Source: Mycobacterium phage Aziz. From it: a stretch of 24,000 bases of DNA. This document shows positions 14,493 to 21,063 of the stretch, in pieces (within the stretch, counting starts at the first letter, position 1; each line of letters begins with the position of its first letter). The stretch lies in the sequence record MT658802.1; one strand, given 5' to 3'. The position numbers and the translations under genes were made by a program. Under the pieces are notes generated by a model. It saw only the letters and a list, made by a program, of their open reading frames with translations. It was not told the DNA's origin and did not search any database.

Positions 14493-14687
14493 ATGGCATC
14501 AAACGTGAAAGGGCATGAGTTGACCGAGAAGCTGAAGAGCGGTGTGGCCCACAAGTCCATCGTGGACACTGTGAACGCACTGATCGACCGCATCGACGCC
14601 CTCGAGGCTGAGACTCCCGCAGAGGAGCAGGCAGCTGCCAAGAAGATCGTCCGTAAGCCGAAGGCCACGGACACCCCGGCTGAGTGA
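14493..14687 (+). CDS. Hypothetical small protein embedded in the RNA array
   Basis: MASNVKGHELTEKLKSGVAHKSIVDTVNALIDRIDALEAETPAEEQAAAKKIVRKPKATDTPAE (track ORF starts at 14460). Confidence 0.7.
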   Translation: MASNVKGHELTEKLKSGVAHKSIVDTVNALIDRIDALEAETPAEEQAAAKKIVRKPKATDTPAE

Positions 14688-14696
14688 TCGGCCAGT

Positions 14697-14772
14697 CCCG
14701 GTGTTGAGCAACGGAGCGCTCAATGGGCTACGAACCCATATTCGCATGCAGGTTCGAATCCTGTCATCGGGT
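14697..14772 (+). tRNA. tRNA-Arg(ACG)
   Basis: CCCGGTG/CATCGGG acceptor, ATGGG-CTACGAA-CCCAT, T loop TTCGAAT, encoded CCA follows at 14773-14775. Confidence 0.87.
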
Positions 14773-14777
14773 CCATA

Positions 14778-14850
14778 CCTCTTGTAGCTCAATCGGTTAG
14801 AGCAGCGGTTTGTGAAGCCGCAGACCACGGATCGTAACCGTGCAGGGGGA
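14778..14850 (+). tRNA. tRNA-His(GTG)
   Basis: CCTCTTG/CAGGGGG acceptor, GCGGT-TTGTGAA-GCCGC, T arm CACGG-ATCGTAA-CCGTG (non-canonical loop). Confidence 0.75.
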
Positions 14851-14888
14851 CTGTGCGGACATGCCCATATCGCCCCGCGCCATGGCTA

Positions 14889-14955
14889 GCGGGATCAGCG
14901 ACGTATCGGTAGGCAGAGGTGGCCACCTTTCGGGTTCGAGCCCCGGTGTTCCGCT
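14889..14955 (+). other. tRNA-like element with degenerate anticodon arm
   Basis: GCGGGAT/GTTCCGC acceptor, T arm TCGGG TTCGAGC CCCGG, encoded CCA, but AGGTGGCCACCT in the anticodon-arm region leaves no 7-nt loop; 67 nt. Confidence 0.4.
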
Positions 14956-14959
14956 CCAT

Positions 14960-15031
14960 GTCGAGATGACAGAGTGGTTATGTGACGGTCTGCAAAGCCG
15001 ATCTACGCCGGTTCAAATCCGGCTCTCGATT
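14960..15031 (+). tRNA. tRNA-Cys(GCA)
   Basis: GTCGAGA/TCTCGAT acceptor, loop CTGCAAA, T arm GCCGG TTCAAAT CCGGC, T73. Confidence 0.87.
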
Positions 15032-15043
15032 CTAGGAGAGACT

Positions 15044-15295
15044 GTGGGAGCACAACTCTCAGCAGCCGAAGCCGCAAGGATGCGAGCTGCTATCGACTGG
15101 GTGGAGAACCACCCGGTCAGCAAGGAACGCCACGTGCAGCTGGTGGCGGCGCTCGTTGATGAGATGCGTTTAGCTGAGGACACTTCGGACCTGCGTCCGT
15201 GGTTCAACCGGCTGTTCGAGATCAACGACGAACTTGATCGGACTCACGGTCGGATTCCCACTGTGGATGACTGGCCGGGAGATATGGATCTGTAG
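15044..15295 (+). CDS. Hypothetical protein embedded in the RNA array
   Basis: GTG start after TAGGAGAG; MGAQLSAAEAARMRAAIDWVENHPVSKERHVQLVAALVDEMRLAEDTSDLRPWFNRLFEINDELDRTHGRIPTVDDWPGDMDL; its stop lies inside the next tRNA. Confidence 0.8.
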   Translation: MGAQLSAAEAARMRAAIDWVENHPVSKERHVQLVAALVDEMRLAEDTSDLRPWFNRLFEINDELDRTHGRIPTVDDWPGDMDL

Positions 15296-15359
15296 CCCAA
15301 ATGGAAGAGGCGGCAGGCTTAGACCCTGTTCAGTGTGGGTTCGACTCCCTCCAGATTCA
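15286..15359 (+). tRNA. tRNA-Leu(TAG)
   Basis: GGATCTG/CAGATTC acceptor, GCAGG-CTTAGAC-CCTGT, T loop TTCGACT; short variable loop. Confidence 0.8.
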
Positions 15360-15363
15360 CAAT

Positions 15364-15438
15364 GCTCGACTAGGCAAACTAGGCAAAGCCGCAGGCCTCA
15401 AAAGCCAGTGTGTGTGAGTTCGATTCTCACGTCGAGTA
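15364..15438 (+). tRNA. tRNA-Leu(CAA)
   Basis: GCTCGAC/GTCGAGT acceptor, loop CTCAAAA, T arm GTGAG TTCGATT CTCAC; short variable loop. Confidence 0.8.
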
Positions 15439-15442
15439 CTTC

Positions 15443-15516
15443 GGGATGTTGGTATAAACGGCAATTACTGCAGACTCTTAATCTGTCAAATCTGGGTTCG
15501 AATCCCAGGCGTCCCA
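15443..15516 (+). tRNA. tRNA-Lys(CTT)
   Basis: GGGATGT/GCGTCCC acceptor, GCAGA-CTCTTAA-TCTGT, T arm CTGGG TTCGAAT CCCAG. Confidence 0.88.
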
Positions 15517-15517
15517 C

Positions 15518-15590
15518 TGTGATGTCGTCCAACGGTTTAGGGCACCGATCTGATACATCGGAAACCAGGGTTCAACTCCCTGCTTCACTA
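15518..15590 (+). tRNA. tRNA-Ile(GAT)
   Basis: CCGAT-CTGATAC-ATCGG, D stem GTCC/GGGC, T arm CAGGG TTCAACT CCCTG; encoded CCA follows; acceptor has T-T mismatches at 1-72 and 6-67. Confidence 0.8.
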
Positions 15591-15597
15591 CCACTTC

Positions 15598-15664
15598 GCG
15601 GCAGTTCCGGAAAGTGCTGGGCGTCCTAAGCCTGAGCAAGGGTGTTCGAGTCACCTCTGTCGCA
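15598..15664 (+). tRNA. tRNA-Arg(CCT), short D arm
   Basis: GCGGCAG/CTGTCGC acceptor, TGGGC-GTCCTAA-GCCTG, T arm GGGTG TTCGAGT CACCT; only 13 nt between acceptor and anticodon stem. Confidence 0.6.
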
Positions 15665-15678
15665 CAACAATTCAACAT

Positions 15679-15753
15679 GGGGTATTCATCTAGTCTGGCT
15701 CAGGATGCGACACTTCCACTGTCGTCACGAGGGTTCGAATCCTTCATACCTCA
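15679..15753 (+). tRNA. tRNA-Gly(TCC)
   Basis: GGGGTAT/ATACCTC acceptor, CATC/GATG D stem, CGACA-CTTCCAC-TGTCG, T arm GAGGG TTCGAAT CCTTC. Confidence 0.87.
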
Positions 15754-15801
15754 CCGCCCCTTTCCAAGCCTCTCTGCGATGCTCAAATGGGAAGGGCCTA
15801 A

Positions 15802-15872
15802 TCCCCACTCGTCCAATGGGAGGGCACCGCGCTTACAACGCGAGGACGGGAGTTCGATTCTCTCGTGGGGAA
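15802..15872 (+). tRNA. tRNA-Val(TAC)
   Basis: TCCCCAC/GTGGGGA acceptor, loop CTTACAA, T arm GGGAG TTCGATT CTCTC. Confidence 0.87.
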
Positions 15873-15933
15873 CGTCGACCTGACGAGGTCACCGGGGACC
15901 GGGTACCCGGCTTAGCGGCAAACACCCGTCCAG

Positions 15934-16008
15934 GCTGGATTTGCTCATGTTGGCTTGAGCACCTACCTAGTAAGTAGGAGTACGTCGGTTCGATTCCGAC
16001 ATCCAGCC
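15934..16008 (+). tRNA. tRNA-Thr(AGT)
   Basis: GCTGGAT/ATCCAGC acceptor, GCTC/GAGC D stem, CCTAC-CTAGTAA-GTAGG, T arm GTCGG TTCGATT CCGAC. Confidence 0.88.
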
Positions 16009-16067
16009 CCATGTTCAGTCCGCTCTTGTGTTCAACATTGTTGAACTGCATGAAGACTGAACGCTCT

Positions 16068-16139
16068 GGGGGCGCATGTTCCAAGGTGGCGACCGACCCT
16101 TGCAAGGTTGGTGGGCGAGTTCGATTCTCGTCGCTTCCA
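16068..16139 (+). tRNA. tRNA-Ala(TGC)
   Basis: GGGGGCG/CGCTTCC acceptor, CGACC-CTTGCAA-GGTTG, T arm GCGAG TTCGATT CTCGT. Confidence 0.83.
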
Positions 16140-16217
16140 CGCTCAGTATGCAGATCGTAGGCCTGTAGGGTACGAAATGCATACTCGCACAATAGGTCGC
16201 GTAGGCGACTATATAAT

Positions 16218-16290
16218 CCCGTCATCATCTAGAGGCCTAGGATGCCACTCTGTCGAAGTGGTCACACGGGTTCAAATCCCGTTGGCGGGA
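16218..16290 (+). tRNA. tRNA-Asp(GTC)
   Basis: CCCGTCA/TGGCGGG acceptor, CCACT-CTGTCGA-AGTGG, T arm ACGGG TTCAAAT CCCGT. Confidence 0.88.
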
Positions 16291-16367
16291 CGCGCACCGG
16301 CTGATCCCCGGTAAAGCAGTCAGTCAGATCTGCATGAGGTGAAATCCCTCGAATCAACACTGGCTCT

Positions 16368-16438
16368 GGTTCATTGGTGTAATGGCAGCATTCCAGATTC
16401 TCAATCTGGCGGCAGGGGTTCAACTCCCCTATGAACTA
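16368..16438 (+). tRNA. tRNA-Glu(CTC)
   Basis: GGTTCAT/ATGAACT acceptor, CCAGA-TTCTCAA-TCTGG, T arm AGGGG TTCAACT CCCCT. Confidence 0.88.
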
Positions 16439-16442
16439 CAGC

Positions 16443-16473
16443 AAGGCCCTCAGCACACGCTGGGGGCCTTTTT
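16443..16473 (+). terminator. Rho-independent terminator closing the RNA array
   Basis: AAGGCCCTCAGC-ACAC-GCTGGGGGCCTT followed by TTT. Confidence 0.92.
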
Positions 16474-16478
16474 CGTGC

Positions 16479-16503
16479 CCTGACCTGCGATTACAGGATC
16501 GTG
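16479..16503 (+). promoter_or_regulatory. 25-bp exact repeat, copy A (upstream of lipoprotein gene)
   Basis: CCTGACCTGCGATTACAGGATCGTG, identical to 20082-20106. Confidence 0.6.
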
Positions 16504-16523
16504 GGATTCTACTCAGCGTGAGC

Positions 16524-16952
16524 ATGAAGAAAGCATTGATCGCGATTCCCGTTGCGGCACTGGCTAGTTCGGTGCTGCTGGTGGGATGTGGTGACACCAC
16601 CATCTCCTGCGAGTCGATGGGCAGCGTTGCGCTGCAGTCGATTGAATATCCGCTGCCCCTCAAGCCTGGTGGCGGCGGTGGTACCGGTGGCCGGGGAGGC
16701 TCGAGCGGTGGTAGCCGCAGCGGTGGCTCTTACGGCCAGAGCAAGCCGAAGCCTGCAGCCCCGCGTCCTCAGCCGAAGCCCGCGAAGCCCCCGCAGTCGG
16801 GCAACACCACGATCATCAACCATCCTCCCGGCTATCGCGGCGGCGGCGGATCCGATCCCATGATGCCGTTCATCGGCGGTCTGCTGGTCGGTGACGCACT
16901 GTCCGACGGCGGCGGTGGCAACCATGGTGGCGGCAACGGCGGTCACTGCTGA
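16524..16952 (+). CDS. Gly/Pro-rich phage lipoprotein
   Basis: MKKALIAIPVAALASSVLLVGCGDTT: signal peptide plus LLVGC lipobox; low-complexity Gly/Pro/Lys middle. Confidence 0.85.
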   Translation: MKKALIAIPVAALASSVLLVGCGDTTISCESMGSVALQSIEYPLPLKPGGGGGTGGRGGSSGGSRSGGSYGQSKPKPAAPRPQPKPAKPPQSGNTTIINHPPGYRGGGGSDPMMPFIGGLLVGDALSDGGGGNHGGGNGGHC

Positions 16953-17146
16953 TGCCCGCCCTCGGAGCCCTGGTCGTCAAGCCGTATCCCGGCCAGGAGA
17001 TGTGGGTGCAGGCCCTCGCCGACGGTGACTACGAGGTCGGTGTGCAGTTCAACAAGAACCAGTACACGATGATCGAAGTCAACCGCGAGCAGCTGGAGCA
17101 GTTCTCCACGAACATCATTGCGGTTCTGCTCGATACGGGCCTGTGA
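16952..17146 (+). CDS. Hypothetical protein
   Basis: TGATG overlap; MPALGALVVKPYPGQEMWVQALADGDYEVGVQFNKNQYT... Confidence 0.7.
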   Translation: MPALGALVVKPYPGQEMWVQALADGDYEVGVQFNKNQYTMIEVNREQLEQFSTNIIAVLLDTGL

Positions 17147-17220
17147 ACCCGCTCGTCTTCCTGATCATCCTCTTCCTCATGGCCCTCGCCCTGGCCATCC
17201 TCGTGAATGGAACTACATGA
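17143..17220 (+). CDS. Small membrane peptide (25 aa)
   Basis: GTGA overlap; (M)NPLVFLIILFLMALALAILVNGTT, ends in the ATGA of the next gene. Confidence 0.5.
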   Translation: MNPLVFLIILFLMALALAILVNGTT

Positions 17221-18458
17221 GCACAACCCTTGCCCCGAAGGTCATCTCGTTCGCCAGCGAGATCGACCAGGCAACCATCGATCAGGCGATGCAGATCGCG
17301 TCGATGCCATTCGTCTACCCCCACCTGGCGTTGATGCCGGATGCCCACTCGGGCAAAGGTTCTGCTGTGGGGACGGTGATCCCGACGAAGGGTGCTGTGA
17401 TCCCTGCTGCGGTGGGTGTGGACATCGGCTGCGGCATGATCGCGGTGAAGACCCGCTTCACGCTGCTGGACATCGATGAGCGCCGTCTGCGCCTGGACGT
17501 TCTGCGTCGTCAGATCGAGGAAGCGATCCCGCTTTCACCCGGTAACTACAACTCGACGCTGTCGCGGTTCTCGTTCACCCGCAAGAAGCACGAGGAGTTG
17601 ATCCAGCTCCAGCAGAAGAACGACGTGGACCTGTCCCATTCCCCGAAGTGGATGGAGCAGCTGGGCTCACTCGGTGGCGGCAACCACTTCATCGAGTTGT
17701 GCCTGGACGACGAGGACAACGTGTGGCTGTTCCTGCACAGCGGTTCTCGTGGTGTGGGCAACAAGATCGCCCAGGTCCACATCAAGGCGGCGCAGGAGTA
17801 TTGCGCATTCGGGTGGTCGCACAACAACGAGGTCAACCGGTACCGCGCCACGGACCCGGCGATGTACAAGCTCCCGCACAAGGATTTGGCGTTCCTCGAA
17901 GAGGGCACCATCCAGTTCGACACGTACATCAAGGAACTCGAATGGGCACAGCGGTTCGCGATGCTGAACCGTGCCGAGATGATGGACCGGTACGTCGAGG
18001 TCTTCGCATGGTGGATGGGCGTACAGGCTCAGCGGGTCGAGCTGCAGCGCGTGAACACCCACCACAACTACACCGTGCCGACTGAGATCGACGGCGAGCG
18101 TGTGTGGTTGACGCGCAAGGGCGCTGTTGACGCCACTGAGGGCAAGCTGGGCATCATCCCCGGCTCCATGGGCACCCGGTCCTACATCGTGCGCGGTAAG
18201 GGTTGCAAGGAGGGTCTGTGGTCCGCTCCGCATGGAGCTGGCCGACGCTTCTCCCGCACGAAGGCCAAGGAGCACTTCACGGTCGATGACCTGAAGGCTC
18301 AGATGCAGGGCATCGAGTGGCGCGAGGACATCGCGGAGAAGCTCGTGGATGAGATCCCGGCCTGCTACAAGGACATCGATCAGGTGATGGCCGACGCGGA
18401 GCCCCTGGTGGAGGTCGTGACCGGCCTGCGTCAGATCCTGAACGTGAAGGGCACCTAG
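17217..18458 (+). CDS. rtcB: RNA-splicing ligase RtcB family protein
   Basis: PDAHSGKGSAVGTVIPTKGAVIPAAVGVDIGCGMIAVKT, GSLGGGNHFIE, HSGSRGVGNKI, GSMGTRSYIVRGKG, SAPHGAGRRFSR. Confidence 0.97.
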   Translation: MSTTLAPKVISFASEIDQATIDQAMQIASMPFVYPHLALMPDAHSGKGSAVGTVIPTKGAVIPAAVGVDIGCGMIAVKTRFTLLDIDERRLRLDVLRRQIEEAIPLSPGNYNSTLSRFSFTRKKHEELIQLQQKNDVDLSHSPKWMEQLGSLGGGNHFIELCLDDEDNVWLFLHSGSRGVGNKIAQVHIKAAQEYCAFGWSHNNEVNRYRATDPAMYKLPHKDLAFLEEGTIQFDTYIKELEWAQRFAMLNRAEMMDRYVEVFAWWMGVQAQRVELQRVNTHHNYTVPTEIDGERVWLTRKGAVDATEGKLGIIPGSMGTRSYIVRGKGCKEGLWSAPHGAGRRFSRTKAKEHFTVDDLKAQMQGIEWREDIAEKLVDEIPACYKDIDQVMADAEPLVEVVTGLRQILNVKGT

Positions 18459-18728
18459 ATGGCGGTCGTGGCTCGAATCACGGTGCAGCGCCAGCGTGTC
18501 AAGACCCTCGGTCTGAACCTGGACTACTTCAAGACCGACTGGCAGCGGCTGGAGCAGTTCAGGCTTAGCGCCCTGGACGACGACGACGGCCCGTTCCGCG
18601 AGGGCTGGCGTGTCACCAACGTCGACAACTTCGTGGCTGTCCCACCTCTGCGGGACACCTCCCTATCCACCTGCTACGCGCGAATCACTGAGGAGCGCGT
18701 GGTCGTAATCAACTCGGAGATCTCATGA
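18459..18728 (+). CDS. Hypothetical protein between RtcB and the phosphatase
   Basis: MAVVARITVQRQRVKTLGLNLDYFKTDWQRLEQFRLSALDDDDG...; tightly spaced. Confidence 0.75.
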   Translation: MAVVARITVQRQRVKTLGLNLDYFKTDWQRLEQFRLSALDDDDGPFREGWRVTNVDNFVAVPPLRDTSLSTCYARITEERVVVINSEIS

Positions 18729-19231
18729 CCGACCACACTGCAATCGACATCGACTTCGATCCACTCGTCCAGCGCATGACCGGCGTTGCGCGACATGGCA
18801 ACACGTTCTTCGACGTGCCGTACGTGTCCCAGATCGAGGGTGATCTGTGGCAGGGTGGCTGCCGCGACGACCTGATCCTGCCGCGCAACATCATGAACGT
18901 GGTGTCGCTGTACCCATGGGAGCGGTACGAGATCCAGCACGAGGTGGACACCGAGCTGTACGTCCGCATGTACGACTCGGAGGACCAAGGGTTCGAGCAG
19001 GTCGAGTCGCTGGCCGAGTTCGTCAACGACCGTCTCGACTCGGGGCCGGTGCTGGTGCATTGCCAGGCAGGCCTGAACCGTTCCTCCTTGCTTGCGGCCA
19101 AGGTACTGCATCAGCGGTACGGCTGGTCGGGTGACCGGATCCTCACGCACCTGCGGATGAAGCGTTCGCCAGCTGTGCTGTGCAACCGGTCATTCCAGCG
19201 CGAGGTGCAGTCGTGGCCGGGGACGGACTGA
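18725..19231 (+). CDS. Dual-specificity / protein-tyrosine-like phosphatase
   Basis: Signature VLVHCQAGLNRSSLLAAKVL (HCX5R) with upstream Asp-containing loop MYDSEDQG. Confidence 0.9.
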   Translation: MTDHTAIDIDFDPLVQRMTGVARHGNTFFDVPYVSQIEGDLWQGGCRDDLILPRNIMNVVSLYPWERYEIQHEVDTELYVRMYDSEDQGFEQVESLAEFVNDRLDSGPVLVHCQAGLNRSSLLAAKVLHQRYGWSGDRILTHLRMKRSPAVLCNRSFQREVQSWPGTD

Positions 19232-19434
19232 GGCACGGAGCGTCCCGCTACAACAAGGGATGCCGGTGTGTGGTTTGCACCGAGGGTAAGACCGCCTCAC
19301 AGCGACGGTGGCGGCAGAAGAAGGGGTTAGGTACCGGCAAGGTCGGTACCCCCCGCAAGTACGGGAGCGATGGCTCCCCGAAGAGGCCCCCGATGCCAGT
19401 GCGACGGGGCCTGCCGAGTGATTGGACGTATTAG
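19213..19434 (+). CDS. Small Cys-containing (zinc-finger-like) protein
   Basis: GDGLRHGASRYNKGCRCVVCTEGKTASQRRWRQKK...; CRCVVC motif; start uncertain (track ORF from 19180). Confidence 0.6.
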   Translation: MAGDGLRHGASRYNKGCRCVVCTEGKTASQRRWRQKKGLGTGKVGTPRKYGSDGSPKRPPMPVRRGLPSDWTY

Positions 19435-19641
19435 GTGACCCCACAAGAGTTCTACAGCGCGGTGGAATGGGAGGGCGGGCTCTGTGAAGCCGTCTTCGGG
19501 TATGGGTTGAGCGACTCGGATCTGGACGACTCGGATCCCGAGCTGAAGGAAGCGATCCGCGAGATGAAGGCCATGGAGCCGGTGATCGACCGTGCCCGTG
19601 AGGCCCTCAACAAGCACGAGTCAGTCTGGATCCCTGAATGA
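19435..19641 (+). CDS. Hypothetical protein
   Basis: MTPQEFYSAVEWEGGLCEAVFGYGLSDSDLDDSDPELKEAIREMKAM... Confidence 0.7.
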   Translation: MTPQEFYSAVEWEGGLCEAVFGYGLSDSDLDDSDPELKEAIREMKAMEPVIDRAREALNKHESVWIPE

Positions 19642-19850
19642 CCGACAACAACGTCAACGAATTGTCTTGGCAGTTCACCGTGTTCGGGATCGAGCTGTCC
19701 GCACTCAACATCCAGTGGAAGACGAGTGAGCAGCCCGTCCCGGTACCTGCTCGAGCGTGGGTGCGTCTCCCCAAGGAGCGCCGCCTCACGATTGTGGACC
19801 GGCTCGTGAAGGGCACGTCCAACGTCTGGGTGAAGCGGATGAACAAGTGA
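19638..19850 (+). CDS. Hypothetical protein
   Basis: ATGA overlap; MTDNNVNELSWQFTVFGIELSALNIQWKTSEQPV... Confidence 0.7.
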   Translation: MTDNNVNELSWQFTVFGIELSALNIQWKTSEQPVPVPARAWVRLPKERRLTIVDRLVKGTSNVWVKRMNK

Positions 19851-20086
19851 GTCTCAATCCCATTGAGAAGCTGCAGGCGATTGAGCGGATCGCGTCTACC
19901 GCGAGCTGGCAGGAACGTGCCATCACACCCACGCACTTCGCCCGATTCTGCGCTGAGATCCTGCGCGTGATCGACATTGATGAGCTGGATCAGACGTGCC
20001 CTCGCTGTGGGTCCATCGACACCTGGTGGGCTCCCGGCGTGGACGGTCACGAACTGGTCTGCAATACATGCAGATTAGGCACCTGA
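19847..20086 (+). CDS. Small zinc-ribbon-like protein
   Basis: GTGA overlap; MSLNPIEKLQAIERIASTASWQERAITPTHFARFC...CPRCGSIDTWW...CNTC. Confidence 0.75.
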   Translation: MSLNPIEKLQAIERIASTASWQERAITPTHFARFCAEILRVIDIDELDQTCPRCGSIDTWWAPGVDGHELVCNTCRLGT

Positions 20087-20106
20087 CCTGCGATTACAGG
20101 ATCGTG
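20082..20106 (+). promoter_or_regulatory. 25-bp exact repeat, copy B
   Basis: CCTGACCTGCGATTACAGGATCGTG, identical to 16479-16503, just upstream of the gene at 20120. Confidence 0.6.
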
Positions 20107-20119
20107 TGAGGGTACTGGC

Positions 20120-20833
20120 ATGAGCTACTACTGGTTCAACAGCAACCCGGTTGAGATGGGTCCGCGACAGCCCGTTGTGGACTATCTCGGTCAGATTGAG
20201 TCGACCCCGAACTTGCGCCGCGCCAGCCTGTCGAACGCGGTCCTGTTCGGAGGGCCTCTGCTGCGAAAGATCCTGGCGTGCGCCCCGATTGTGGGCGACC
20301 ATGGGCACATCTTCGTGGACACCAAGGTCTCCATGCTGATGCCTGGCTGGTGGCCTGCGATCCCCGGCTGGCACACCGACGGTGTACCGCGTGTGGTGCC
20401 ACAGCCACCAGGATTGTTGCCTGGTGTGAAGCTGTACAGCGCTGCAGCTGCGGGTAAGCCATCACTGGTCGAGCAGGCGAGCCAGCACCTCGATGGCTAC
20501 CGGCCCCGGTACCACACCATCCATGTCGGCAACGACTGCCCAACCGAGTTCATCGACGGTCTTCTGCGTCTGCCTATCGATCACGACACGGACGAAGAGA
20601 TGTACGCGGAGATGACCCGCAAGATCGACGGCTGTTCGACGCTGCGGAAGCTGAAAGCCCCTGAGGGGCAGTGGATGAGCTGGGACTGGTGGAACATCCA
20701 TCAAGCTACCCAGGCCACGCAGCGCGGCTGGCGTCTGCTGGTGCGGATCACGGAATCCGATCAGCCCCCAGTGGATTCGGACTTCATCCGGCCACAGAAC
20801 CAGGTCTACGTACCGAAGGAGTTTGGCTGGTGA
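20120..20833 (+). CDS. Hypothetical phage protein
   Basis: SD-like GAGGG then ATG; MSYYWFNSNPVEMGPRQPVVDYLGQIES...GWHTDGVPRV... Confidence 0.75.
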   Translation: MSYYWFNSNPVEMGPRQPVVDYLGQIESTPNLRRASLSNAVLFGGPLLRKILACAPIVGDHGHIFVDTKVSMLMPGWWPAIPGWHTDGVPRVVPQPPGLLPGVKLYSAAAAGKPSLVEQASQHLDGYRPRYHTIHVGNDCPTEFIDGLLRLPIDHDTDEEMYAEMTRKIDGCSTLRKLKAPEGQWMSWDWWNIHQATQATQRGWRLLVRITESDQPPVDSDFIRPQNQVYVPKEFGW

Positions 20834-21063
20834 GCAGAGGAGTCTACCTGCCGCAGGAGGCGTACCAGCTGCATCGCGACATCAACGAAGAGGCCGCGAC
20901 CAGCGTTGTTGTGGACACCGACGACCTGTACGGACGCCACAGTCTGCAGGTGATCCACGAGGCCGCAGCGGGGGAGCGGGAGATGGCCGTGTACATGCGA
21001 CCCAAGCGTTCCTACTTCATCCGCGTGAGTGCCGCTGGCATTGAAGGGATTTGGCCGCGATGA
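20830..21063 (+). CDS. Hypothetical protein
   Basis: GTGA overlap; MSRGVYLPQEAYQLHRDINEEAATSVVVDTDDLYGRHSLQVI... Confidence 0.7.
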   Translation: MSRGVYLPQEAYQLHRDINEEAATSVVVDTDDLYGRHSLQVIHEAAAGEREMAVYMRPKRSYFIRVSAAGIEGIWPR

